Part shown: positions 17,707 to 27,117 of the stretch, piece after piece | How the letters are laid out: every line of letters begins with the position of its first letter | Position numbering within the stretch: the stretch's first letter is position 1 | IMG/VR virus record: IMGVR_UViG_3300022562_000124 | Location: 1-64,000 of that record | Reading direction: 5' to 3' (one strand) | Source of the DNA: a virus | Length of the DNA stretch: 64,000 nt | Program-made: the position numbers and the translations under genes | Notes under the pieces: model-generated | Seen by the model: the letters and a program-made list of their open reading frames with translations, nothing else | Databases searched by the model: none | What the model was told of the DNA's origin: nothing

Positions 17707-19266
17707 TTATTTTTTGTTCGTTTTTGCCATCTGGCTCACAGGTGCTGGAATTGCCTCACCCTCTGGACCCAACTCTGGTGGGTAATACTGAGGATTCTGC
17801 ATTTCGAATGGAATCTGTTCATCGATTTCTTCCATTTCTTCATCAGATTGGCGAAGAACCTTACGACGAATCCATTCATGTGAATAATACTTACCAGCAA
17901 ACGGATCAATTTCAGATAGCATAGCAATACGGTTACGAAGAATTTCAATTTCTTTTAATTCTGCGTAATAGTTGTCTTGTGAAAACTTGTAGCGAATCTG
18001 TTCTCTAATCTGATCCCATTCTTCAACAGTAATAATTCCCTTAAGGATTAGCTGTCTTTCTAGAATCTTAGTGAAGAGTTGTGCAAACTTATTACGCAAA
18101 CGGCTTACAAACTTAGAGAATTTAACTTCGTCACGAGTAATTTCTGAGGCACGACCAAAATTGAATTGCGCTTCAGGATCAAGTCTGCTAATAGGAACGT
18201 TCAATGACATGTATAGCTTCTTTTGGAAGTACATTACGTCATCCATCTGACCTAGGTTCTGCCCACCCGGTAGAGTTGTGATTTCTGTTCCCTTACCACC
18301 TTCACGGCGAGGAAGCCAGAAGTCTTCTAGCATGGTCATGAACTTACGGTCATCACGAATTTCGCCAGTAGCGGAATCGTAAACAAGTTTGTTCTTGAAC
18401 TTTGTCATAATATCACGTAGGTACTGTTCTGCCTTCATCTTAGGAAGGTTGCCTACGTCAATATAGAAAATACGGCGTTCTGGTGCACGGCTGATACGAT
18501 AGATAACCAGCGAGTCTTCCATAGAACGAAGTTGGTTTAGAGGCTTTATGGCCTTGTGAAGATATGATTGAACCAAGTCACCATTGAGTGAGGTAAGACC
18601 TGATGTGCAATGAATGATAGAGTCTTTAGCAATTTTTAGACCGCCAATTGAATTCGATGGTAGAGCAGAGCTACCAGACGTTTTCGAGAATCCCTTATCA
18701 TTGTAAATGTAGTATTCGCTAGCTGTCTGAGAGAAAGAAACGTTGTTAACAGCTTTCTTCTTACGGACTTCACGTAGCTTACGAATCTTACGTGGATCGA
18801 TGTAGCGAAGCTCAATAATACCATTCGCAGGATTTGCTTCGTCTAGAATAGCGTGATAGTATAAACGTCCATCAACATACCAGCGTCTAAAGATTTCATA
18901 AGAAAGCTGATTAAACTCTAGTAGGTTGATGACGTTTTTAAATTCTTCGATAAAGATTTTCTTTACTTTATCTGGCATTTCAATATCGTCAAGAATTAAT
19001 TCAACGACTTCTTGTTCTGCCTCTTGTGTAATAACTTCGTTTACGATATCATCAATGGCCTGATCGACTTCAGGATGTAGTGCCATTTCACGGTACTTGT
19101 TGACCAATTCTGCTTCTGTACGAATAGAACCATCAAGGTCAACGTAAGTACCGTAAACGCCACCTTCCGCAACGATTGCAGCCCCGTCATCACTCTGCCT
19201 AGGGGCGAATGAGACGGGTTCCGGCTGCTTTCTCTTAATTTCAAATCCAAATAGGTCAAGTGCCAT
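17707..19266 (-). CDS. gp20: portal protein (T4 gp20-like)
   Basis: YREMALHPEVD, FRRWYVDGR, IYRISRAPERRIFYIDVGNLP, EDFWLPRREGGKGTEITTLPGG. Confidence 0.99.
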   Translation of the reverse strand: MALDLFGFEIKRKQPEPVSFAPRQSDDGAAIVAEGGVYGTYVDLDGSIRTEAELVNKYREMALHPEVDQAIDDIVNEVITQEAEQEVVELILDDIEMPDKVKKIFIEEFKNVINLLEFNQLSYEIFRRWYVDGRLYYHAILDEANPANGIIELRYIDPRKIRKLREVRKKKAVNNVSFSQTASEYYIYNDKGFSKTSGSSALPSNSIGGLKIAKDSIIHCTSGLTSLNGDLVQSYLHKAIKPLNQLRSMEDSLVIYRISRAPERRIFYIDVGNLPKMKAEQYLRDIMTKFKNKLVYDSATGEIRDDRKFMTMLEDFWLPRREGGKGTEITTLPGGQNLGQMDDVMYFQKKLYMSLNVPISRLDPEAQFNFGRASEITRDEVKFSKFVSRLRNKFAQLFTKILERQLILKGIITVEEWDQIREQIRYKFSQDNYYAELKEIEILRNRIAMLSEIDPFAGKYYSHEWIRRKVLRQSDEEMEEIDEQIPFEMQNPQYYPPELGPEGEAIPAPVSQMAKTNKK

Positions 19267-19291
19267 ATTATATTATTCCAATCAAACTTTA

Positions 19292-19873
19292 TTACTTAAT
19301 TGTGCCACCGGCAGTAGGACCTTCGACTACATAATAGTCATAGGCAAACTGAACTTGGAACGTTTCAATTTCATCGGTTCTGTTCCAATCTAGATCAATT
19401 GGTGAGATTTCGGTTGGAAATAGACCGACGAATTTATAGGTACGAATAATTGCAGGTGTTGTACCAGATGCGCCACCAGACTTTGCATACTGATAAACAT
19501 ATGCGTCTGTCTTGTAGTTATTTGGTGCTGATGAACCTGTAGTATTTACGTTACCTTCAAGTGAGTTAATCTTGTTGTGCCATGTCTCAAGACCTTGACG
19601 AATTTTAAAGTCTTCGTCATTAAGAATTGATACTGACCATGGTTGGAAGGTTCTATCACCAGCAACACGAATCTTACGACCAAAATATGGAACTTCGATT
19701 GCAGAAATTGTTGAACCGGGGATTGCGCTAGCCTGAATCATAAAGCTAGCGTCTCTTGAAATATCCAGACCATTAGGTACAATTGATGGTAGTGTCAATT
19801 TGACTTGGAAGAGCGTTGGACGCGCCCCTCCAAGCTTCAATGCACCTCTGATATCTTCTATTCTAAAAGCCAT
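19292..19873 (-). CDS. gp19: tail tube protein (T4 gp19-like)
   Basis: GGARPTLF, PYFGRKIRVAGDRTF, FPTEISPIDLDW. Confidence 0.96.
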   Translation of the reverse strand: MAFRIEDIRGALKLGGARPTLFQVKLTLPSIVPNGLDISRDASFMIQASAIPGSTISAIEVPYFGRKIRVAGDRTFQPWSVSILNDEDFKIRQGLETWHNKINSLEGNVNTTGSSAPNNYKTDAYVYQYAKSGGASGTTPAIIRTYKFVGLFPTEISPIDLDWNRTDEIETFQVQFAYDYYVVEGPTAGGTIK

Positions 19874-19893
19874 TTAAGTGTTCTCCTTTATTC

Positions 19894-19901
19894 TATTTAT
19901 T
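19894..19901 (-). promoter_or_regulatory. variant late promoter (gp19)
   Basis: AATAAATA upstream of gp19. Confidence 0.5.
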
Positions 19902-19904
19902 CGA

Positions 19905-22136
19905 TTAGCCAACAATCTCAGAGAACTCGACACCGCTTCTAACAGCCACAAAGTTTAGCTGAATGAAGTTGATTGCTCTAGCTGGCTTGATATAGATATC
20001 TCCAACAAATCTGTTAGTATCAACGATCTGTGGTGTGTTATTTGATTCATCGCACACAACACGGAAGTCATAGATACCACGGCGACCCTGTACATCACGT
20101 AGGAAAGGTTCTACGAGGTTGATGAACTGAGCACGTGTGAATTCATCGTTGAATTCAAATAGGAATGACTTAGATGCTTGTGAAATAGTCTTTTCAAGAA
20201 TAATGAATAGTCTACGCACATTGATGCGGTCAAACGCACTTGGCTTAGATAGAAGAGTCTTATCGCCATATAGGATAATGCCCTGACCCGGTTGTGAAAT
20301 TACAGGGTTCACACTATTCTTATATAGAACGTCTCTCTGTGCTCTATTTGGATTAAATGCAAGTTTGATTGCGTTACGAATCTGACCACGTGAATTACCT
20401 GCTGGTGAATACCATGGATCACGAGTATTGTCAGTGCGTACACATAGACCTGCAATGTCACCGTTTAGAGGAATCCAGCGGTAAGTATCATTGTACTTGT
20501 CATACTGGTACTTATAGCCAGAATCCATTACAGCGTAAGAAGATGATCTTACTTCGTTGCGGAAAGCAACAACATTTTCTTCTGCACCAATTGGCTTATT
20601 GACAACAGTGTCAATTGTTGGTGAAACAAACACTACACAATCTCTGCGAACTTCAGCAAGGTTATCGATTAGATAGTTTGCTAGCTGTTCACCAACTGCA
20701 CCATCTTCCTTTCTTGACTTACCAGTAAGAACTAGTGCAATGTCAATGTCTTCTGGTGATACGAATGTGTCGTATGCAGTTGCAAGTGATGCGAATGGTA
20801 GATCAACTTCACTCACATCGCTACCACCAACAAATGATACTGTAAGCGGAGCATTTGCAGTAACTGAAGCAATGTTTACGGCAGTATTGGCTTCTGATCC
20901 AGCACGTTCACCAGCTACCCAGACATATTCTGACTGATCGTTGATGACTGTTCTGTAGTAGTTTCCAGTGCCATCAGGAAGCTTAGCATCGGTTGCTCTT
21001 GAAACGCCCTTGTAAACTTCAAGAACAGCACCCGGAGCACCAGTGAAAGCACCGTCTTCGTCTACGACAACAACATGTACTTCGTCCATCTGTGCGGTTG
21101 GATCGGCAAGCTGTAGAGCAGTGTTGCCGTATGCAGCAACGTATTCAGAACGACCCGGAGCAGCGTCTACCTGTGTGAAGTATTCCCAATAACGACCAAC
21201 AAAATTCTGATTAATATCAGATGATAGCTTTAGTGGCTGATCAAGTGTTAGTGAAATTGTCACAACACCAGTATTGACAAGTCCATTCTGTTCGACTACA
21301 GGTGCACCAACGGTAAGAACCTTTAGCTTCTGTGAAGAATTGCCAACCTTAACTTGGATATAATCGCCTTCATTGATCTTATCGGCAACTGCGGCAGCAT
21401 CGGCAGCAATAGTACCAGAATCTTCTGCTGTGAAGTTGAATGTTGTATTTGCTATTGGATCATAAATTGGAACGTTTACGTTTGAACCATCAAGAGTGAT
21501 AGTAGCAATTGAGGAACCAACAGGCAGAAAGAATCCAGTATTTGGACCACTGAATGCAGCATTTGCAGTAACGGTAACTGCGGTATTTCCTGTTCCATAT
21601 GTGTATGAAACATAGAACTTAGTTTCATCAATAATAACGTTTGATGAAAACTGTTCTGCGCTTTCACAGACAGATACCTTAAGTGAGTTACCAATTTCGC
21701 CGGGGAAACGAGCAACATATGCAAGATCGCTAGCAGCTAGGGTAGCTTCCTTAGTTGCAAAGTCATCTGCATTTAGTACTGTAAGTGTCGCTGAAGCAGA
21801 GCTTGCATTTGCGGTCTCACCACCTACGGCTGCGAACTGTGATGCAGTATTAGCAGCACGAGTTACGTATAGTGCATTTGAGTATGATAGAAAGTTTGCT
21901 GCTGTGAAAAAGGTCTCAGGGTTAAGGTTTGTTGGCTTCCCGAACTGCTTAACAAGATCGTTCTCGGAAGTTACCAAAGCTGGCTTATTAACTGGACCCC
22001 AACGGAATACACCAGCAAATGCGCCAACAGTAGTAGCTACGGCAGGTGTTACCGTAGTAAGATCGATTTCTGAGAAATTTACACCGGCACTTAGTTGATT
22101 ACCACCGCCACCGGTTCCAAAATTCTGAACGGCCAT
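19905..22136 (-). CDS. gp18: tail sheath protein (T4 gp18-like)
   Basis: AGVFRWGP, PWYSPAG..RG, YGDKT..SAFDRINVRRLF, FVGDIYIKPARAINFIQLNF. Confidence 0.98.
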   Translation of the reverse strand: MAVQNFGTGGGGNQLSAGVNFSEIDLTTVTPAVATTVGAFAGVFRWGPVNKPALVTSENDLVKQFGKPTNLNPETFFTAANFLSYSNALYVTRAANTASQFAAVGGETANASSASATLTVLNADDFATKEATLAASDLAYVARFPGEIGNSLKVSVCESAEQFSSNVIIDETKFYVSYTYGTGNTAVTVTANAAFSGPNTGFFLPVGSSIATITLDGSNVNVPIYDPIANTTFNFTAEDSGTIAADAAAVADKINEGDYIQVKVGNSSQKLKVLTVGAPVVEQNGLVNTGVVTISLTLDQPLKLSSDINQNFVGRYWEYFTQVDAAPGRSEYVAAYGNTALQLADPTAQMDEVHVVVVDEDGAFTGAPGAVLEVYKGVSRATDAKLPDGTGNYYRTVINDQSEYVWVAGERAGSEANTAVNIASVTANAPLTVSFVGGSDVSEVDLPFASLATAYDTFVSPEDIDIALVLTGKSRKEDGAVGEQLANYLIDNLAEVRRDCVVFVSPTIDTVVNKPIGAEENVVAFRNEVRSSSYAVMDSGYKYQYDKYNDTYRWIPLNGDIAGLCVRTDNTRDPWYSPAGNSRGQIRNAIKLAFNPNRAQRDVLYKNSVNPVISQPGQGIILYGDKTLLSKPSAFDRINVRRLFIILEKTISQASKSFLFEFNDEFTRAQFINLVEPFLRDVQGRRGIYDFRVVCDESNNTPQIVDTNRFVGDIYIKPARAINFIQLNFVAVRSGVEFSEIVG

Positions 22137-22183
22137 TTAGCTCTTCTCCTTTAAAGGGGTTAATTATGTTGTTTTACATGTCA

Positions 22184-22191
22184 TATTTATA
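22184..22191 (-). promoter_or_regulatory. T4-type late promoter (gp18)
   Basis: Exact TATAAATA. Confidence 0.85.
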
Positions 22192-22201
22192 AAAACAGGA
22201 A

Positions 22202-23854
22202 TTAGAAGAACATGAACTCTTTGGATGGATTCTCAGTAAGATCAATCACATCCTGATATTCAGTGAATACTTCCTGACCATCATCCAAGAAAAATGAATC
22301 TAATTGACTTTCCAATTCCTCTTCTGTTTTGTCTCTAAGCTTCATCAGCGTATTAATATCAGTTAGGTCTCTGAAATATTGCTGATCACTCATCCATCCG
22401 AAGAGAACAAGGCCCATAACTAGATCGTCTGTACAACCCGGCTCTGCTTCATATGACACGCCCTTCTTTGAAAAACGAGAAAGTTCAAAGATAGTATCGT
22501 TATCGTTAATAATTAATTGTCTTTGCTCAACAAGTAGTTTGAGCATTGAACAGCCAACAGACTTGACAGTTTTTGTTGTTCTGATACCTCTGTCTGTTCC
22601 ACCAGACTTATTGAATCCTGTGGAAATTCTCTTACCTCTGGCACCAGCATGTTCTGTATATACGATGCCTTCGTATTCATAATCAAAGTGTAATGAGTCG
22701 GCAACCTGTGCACCGATATCATTAATTTCTACTAGCACAGTAGCGTTATTGAAGGCTTTGGCTGTCCTGAATATGACACCAGCATAATCAAGCGGGGTTA
22801 TCATATTGCTACGGAAAGTGCAAACCTGTTGATACGGCATTTTGGTAACATCGATCAATTGGAATGCAGAGTAGTCTAGTCCTTTTCCTCTTGACACATC
22901 GCACACAATAACGTATTGGTGTCCTGCAATCTTATCTTCGTAGATATTTAGACCATCACCAGAATGAATTGGAGTCTTGGCAACCAATGTTTTCAGCACA
23001 GCACCAGAAATAAGGGTACCGGATGAACCAAGCCAAGCACATTCGAATTCCTGTGCAAACTTTTCTAGGTCGAAGTTCATAGCAGATAGGGTTTCGTGTC
23101 TCCACTTTTCATCACGGCCCGGTACACGCTGCCAAGGAACTTCAATGTATTCGTAACCATTGTACTCTTTGCTGTCTCTGTCGGCTTGTGCGCCCATACA
23201 GATACCGTAGAAGTGGTTCAATCCGTTTGGTGTTGAAGTGAATAGAATCTTGGTTGTCTGACCAGAAGAAATGGTAGGGAAAACGGATGCAAAGAATTCT
23301 TCCCATCCTTCAACGAATGCAGCTTCGTCAATGTATAGTAGTGAAATAGAACGACCACGAATAGCAGAAGATGATGTAGCAGCCGCAAGGACTTTACAAC
23401 CGTTCTCTAATTCGATATTACCCTTGTTCCATTCCACAACGCCCTGTTGTAGCCAATCAGGAAGAGATTCGTATGATAGCTTCACACGCTCTAGAATTTC
23501 ACGAGCAGCGTCACCCTTGTTAGCAAGTAGTGCGACTTCCTTGTGGTTATTAAAAAGAATGTAGTGAAGAATAATTGCTGCCGCTGTGGTAGTCTTACCT
23601 GCCTGACGGGAAGTACATACGGCGACTCGTCTTGACGTAGTGATCCTGTTTATGATATCTTTCTGGTAATCATAGAGCCTGATAGGAATTAGACCATGGT
23701 CAACGTGAACAATCTGAATATACTTTTCGGCAAAGTAAATTGGGTCTTGTGCACATTTTAACCATTCTTGTACCTGTTCAGGAGTCCAAGCAATTTTCTT
23801 TCGTGCTTTTTTGAGTAGCGGATTACCGTTGTAACCCTTATCCTGCATTTGCAT
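22202..23854 (-). CDS. gp17: terminase large subunit (T4 gp17-like)
   Basis: YNGNPLLK, SRQAGKTT, LYIDEAAF, TSTPNG, CDVSRGKGLDYS, DDLVM. Confidence 0.98.
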   Translation of the reverse strand: MQMQDKGYNGNPLLKKARKKIAWTPEQVQEWLKCAQDPIYFAEKYIQIVHVDHGLIPIRLYDYQKDIINRITTSRRVAVCTSRQAGKTTTAAAIILHYILFNNHKEVALLANKGDAAREILERVKLSYESLPDWLQQGVVEWNKGNIELENGCKVLAAATSSSAIRGRSISLLYIDEAAFVEGWEEFFASVFPTISSGQTTKILFTSTPNGLNHFYGICMGAQADRDSKEYNGYEYIEVPWQRVPGRDEKWRHETLSAMNFDLEKFAQEFECAWLGSSGTLISGAVLKTLVAKTPIHSGDGLNIYEDKIAGHQYVIVCDVSRGKGLDYSAFQLIDVTKMPYQQVCTFRSNMITPLDYAGVIFRTAKAFNNATVLVEINDIGAQVADSLHFDYEYEGIVYTEHAGARGKRISTGFNKSGGTDRGIRTTKTVKSVGCSMLKLLVEQRQLIINDNDTIFELSRFSKKGVSYEAEPGCTDDLVMGLVLFGWMSDQQYFRDLTDINTLMKLRDKTEEELESQLDSFFLDDGQEVFTEYQDVIDLTENPSKEFMFF

Positions 23855-23856
23855 GA

Positions 23857-24255
23857 TTATTCGCTCTTGTTTTTCATGTCCTCAAGCATCTGCTGCAATT
23901 CGGCTGTGGAGCCGACGAATAGATTGTTGGTAACATTTTGTTGTTCTTGCGCTGGTTTATTTACAATGCGCTTCTTTTTGATTTGCAATTCAGCCAATCC
24001 CATGCTAATGTCAGCCATGGTTTTGATAGCAGAATTTAATACTTCGTATGCCTTAGGGTGCTGTGATTGCTGTGCGATATTGACCATATCTTGAACAGCT
24101 TGTTTGCTCATTTCTAAAGCATTGTACAAGCCTTCTCGTGCCTGATCTACATCTTCCTCGCCCTGTTCTTCGCCTAGAGCAGGAAGGTTATCTTTCTCTT
24201 CATAAATCGCAGGTACTGTTCTCAGTCCTAATGCGTCATCTATTTGTTTTGTCAT
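23857..24255 (-). CDS. gp16: terminase small subunit (T4 gp16-like)
   Basis: AQQSQHPKAYEV and NNLFVGSTAELQQML motifs; upstream of gp17. Confidence 0.93.
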   Translation of the reverse strand: MTKQIDDALGLRTVPAIYEEKDNLPALGEEQGEEDVDQAREGLYNALEMSKQAVQDMVNIAQQSQHPKAYEVLNSAIKTMADISMGLAELQIKKKRIVNKPAQEQQNVTNNLFVGSTAELQQMLEDMKNKSE

Positions 24256-25307
24256 AGTCCGTCTATAATGTCTATAATGAATCCATAGTCACTGTTTGCG
24301 TAGATTTGGTCTGGTGAGACAGATAGTGGTGGAGCAATGACCGTATCGATGACTGTTCCTGTAGCACCTGTATCCGAACCAATCACGATATCACCGTTTG
24401 CAATTTGACCATGAATGTTTCTCGTAGAGAATGAAGTCGAATTACTTGCGGCAACATATGCATAATTATCAGCGTCAACGTATACTTTTTCTGTAATATC
24501 AAAAGTACCAGTAGTATTTGCTAATGTATATGTATACAAATGAACACTTGCAGAAGTTGCCATGCCATTTGCGAACATACCCGGAACAATGTGAACCACA
24601 CTAGCAGGGTCTGTATTGTTTGGATTAGCATCCCACACAGAAATGTTGGCTGGTGGATATGTAAGATTTAGTGTGATATCCTTAATAATACCATTTGAAG
24701 TGCTGTAGGTAGGACCAAAGAAATATGCCTTCATCGTGAACTTTAGTGTCCAGATGATCGCTCTTCTATTAATGAAGTCACCTTCATAGGTATCCTCTTG
24801 ATCTACCGTTTCAAGTGTGATAGGAATGTCGTGCTTTTGATTAAGATCAGTATTAAGATTTAGTGTCGCCGTCCATGTAGGATTGAAAAACGGAAGGATT
24901 TGCTCGACAATATACGTACCGTCTTCCACGTTTTTCGTCATAATTGACAACGTGAATTCGATGTTGTATGGAACGGGCTGATACTGGTATTTCACACCAT
25001 TTGGATTATTAGGATCAATGACAGTGACTCTATTAAAAGTTGGTAACTTTCTTGTAGGATCGTAATACATGTTGGTCATTTCAAATGTCATTCTTGGTAG
25101 CTGAATGGCAATTGGTCTATTCAAACCGGGGTTGCCTTCAAGACGAGCAAGAAACTTTTCACGAGGACCATAGTTCAATGGCACCTTCATGTTCTGAATC
25201 TGTGTACCAGTATTGTCGTATCTCTTTAACCAAATGTTATTAAAAAGAGTGCCGAAATAAATGACGTACTTACGCAGCGTACCATGTCCAAATGTAGTAC
25301 CGAACAT
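24252..25307 (-). CDS. gp15: tail sheath stabiliser / completion protein (T4 gp15-like) with C-terminal extension
   Basis: FGTLFNNI, VPLNYGPREKFL, LPRMTFEM, VEQILPFF, RRAIIWTL.F..K.YFFGP. Confidence 0.93.
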   Translation of the reverse strand: MFGTTFGHGTLRKYVIYFGTLFNNIWLKRYDNTGTQIQNMKVPLNYGPREKFLARLEGNPGLNRPIAIQLPRMTFEMTNMYYDPTRKLPTFNRVTVIDPNNPNGVKYQYQPVPYNIEFTLSIMTKNVEDGTYIVEQILPFFNPTWTATLNLNTDLNQKHDIPITLETVDQEDTYEGDFINRRAIIWTLKFTMKAYFFGPTYSTSNGIIKDITLNLTYPPANISVWDANPNNTDPASVVHIVPGMFANGMATSASVHLYTYTLANTTGTFDITEKVYVDADNYAYVAASNSTSFSTRNIHGQIANGDIVIGSDTGATGTVIDTVIAPPLSVSPDQIYANSDYGFIIDIIDGL

Positions 25308-25972
25308 TAAACGTTTCCTTCACTGAAAGGATCGATGGTAGACCAGTCAACGATATCCTCGCCATCTTCCTGAAATTCTTGGTTTGTAGCAAATACATCA
25401 GACATTGCTTCTTCAAACGCATTATTAGAATACACGTTTGATACAGAAAATCTTTCTTCAATGGCATCGATTTCATCAACACCAGTTTCGAATCTTTCGT
25501 TTGAGTATTCCCACACTTCGCAAACAACATCCCAAACCTGCAAGGAACCCATCTGATAGAAGAATGCAGAGTTGTTTACGTATTTAATGACAAAGATACG
25601 CTTCATCATTGTAGAGTAAACAAGGTCGCCTTCTCTTGGTCTCTGAATATCAGGACGCTGAGCGGCAATCTCATTACCGAATACTCTTCTGGATACGGTA
25701 AAAGTAATCTGGTCGCGGATTTCTAGATTAAATTTGGATAGGAATGTGCCGTCACCTTCGTATGAGTCATAGGACTTGACGTACATGTCAAATTCATATG
25801 CTGAGCGATATGTTGATAGGGTATCTTCGCCGTAGATATCATCCTTCTTCACAAGCTCTCGTGGAAGGTAATATACACTATGACCATAAATGGCAAGCGT
25901 TTCTACCACCAAATCATCGATAAGGCTTTGCTCTGCATAATTGTTGAAGGTGTCAAAATATAAATTTGGCAT
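25307..25972 (-). CDS. gp14: neck protein (T4 gp14-like)
   Basis: EQSLIDDLVVE, YYLPRE, RPREGDLVY, FFYQMG, EYSNERFETG, DPFSE. Confidence 0.93.
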   Translation of the reverse strand: MPNLYFDTFNNYAEQSLIDDLVVETLAIYGHSVYYLPRELVKKDDIYGEDTLSTYRSAYEFDMYVKSYDSYEGDGTFLSKFNLEIRDQITFTVSRRVFGNEIAAQRPDIQRPREGDLVYSTMMKRIFVIKYVNNSAFFYQMGSLQVWDVVCEVWEYSNERFETGVDEIDAIEERFSVSNVYSNNAFEEAMSDVFATNQEFQEDGEDIVDWSTIDPFSEGNV

Positions 25973-26319
25973 TATTTCGGTTCTCTATACATTGTTTCTC
26001 TTGTGGAGAAGTCTTTGTTTTTGCCTTTGTTTTCTACGTAACCATGACTCTTGTAAAACTTTACCAATCTAGATTTTGTCCCGCCAAAATCAGATGAAGG
26101 TGTCAATACTACCTTTAATTTATGTTTATCGGCATGAGCATTTATAGCTTTCATTGATTGTGAGCCAATACCCTGATTTCTTTTTTCTTTAGGAACGACA
26201 ATCTTTGAAACAGTTAATGTGTTTTTATTCTGATAAACACTATGATCAACGCCAATATTGTCTAAAGACTTTCTTAGCGATTCTACATTTTCAGATATAA
26301 ATTGCTCAAGTGTTTTCAT
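25972..26319 (-). CDS. GNAT-family acetyltransferase with T4-like capsid-targeting leader
   Basis: GNAT motif A VVPKEKRNQGIGS and motif B RLVKFYKSHGY; N-terminus MKTLEQFISE. Confidence 0.75.
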   Translation of the reverse strand: MKTLEQFISENVESLRKSLDNIGVDHSVYQNKNTLTVSKIVVPKEKRNQGIGSQSMKAINAHADKHKLKVVLTPSSDFGGTKSRLVKFYKSHGYVENKGKNKDFSTRETMYREPK

Positions 26320-27065
26320 TAGCCTATCATATCCGATACTGGCAAGCTGTAGCTGGAAATCATTTCTGCTTCCATCTTTTCGATTTCATTCATAGCATCG
26401 TTCAAAATCTTTTCACCATTGAACTCGACACCACCCGGTAGTTTCATGCCTGTAAACTTGGTTAGGTTAGTACCCCATTGATATTTGATCTTGGCTGTGG
26501 TATAATTTTGTAGCCAACGGTCACTCCATACGTCTGTCCAGACTTCAGGGTCAACAACTTCGTATGCTTCGACTACAAGGTATTCCAGATCGTTTGTCTT
26601 TGTGGTCCATTCCATATCGACATAGAGACGGTTTCTGTGTCGATTGTAGCGGATTGGCTGTTGACCAACTAGAAGTTCTGAGACAAGAGCAAGGTGTTCC
26701 ATGGTCATGTAATATGGTACCATTGAAACGCTTGTCAGTGTGTAAAGATCGTTAAGAGCAATCTGGTAGCGAATGTTAAATAGGTCATCGGAACGAACAA
26801 TAGGATCGGCAATAGGAAATACTCTCACCGCACCAATTACGTTCTCTGGTAGAGTGATATACTTGTTGATTTTATCTTCTGGCTGAATTGCATGTTTATA
26901 ATAAATTTTATCAGAACCGTCAAAGTGATAATCCCAATAATAGCGCAAAGCTTCATCAATACGATCCTCAACCTGATCGTCATCAACGTTGATTTCGATA
27001 ACAGGTTTGCCTAGCTTACGCAAGCAATATTCTTTGAATTCGTTTCTACTTGTTGGTACTGCCAT
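26319..27065 (-). CDS. gp13: neck protein (T4 gp13-like)
   Basis: YCLRKLGKPVIEINVDDDQVEDRIDEAL, KYQWGTNLTKF..LPGG..NG. Confidence 0.95.
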   Translation of the reverse strand: MAVPTSRNEFKEYCLRKLGKPVIEINVDDDQVEDRIDEALRYYWDYHFDGSDKIYYKHAIQPEDKINKYITLPENVIGAVRVFPIADPIVRSDDLFNIRYQIALNDLYTLTSVSMVPYYMTMEHLALVSELLVGQQPIRYNRHRNRLYVDMEWTTKTNDLEYLVVEAYEVVDPEVWTDVWSDRWLQNYTTAKIKYQWGTNLTKFTGMKLPGGVEFNGEKILNDAMNEIEKMEAEMISSYSLPVSDMIG

Positions 27066-27096
27066 TATTCCGTCCTATATACTATAGCGATCTATT

Positions 27097-27104
27097 TATT
27101 TATA
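27097..27104 (-). promoter_or_regulatory. T4-type late promoter (gp13 operon)
   Basis: Exact TATAAATA. Confidence 0.82.
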
Positions 27105-27117
27105 AAAGGTGATTATG

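Noticed and set aside
5459-23854. Introns, inteins or homing endonucleases in gp46, uvsW, gp23, gp20 or gp17
   Set aside because: All are uninterrupted and of expected length; no HNH, GIY-YIG or LAGLIDADG motifs seen.
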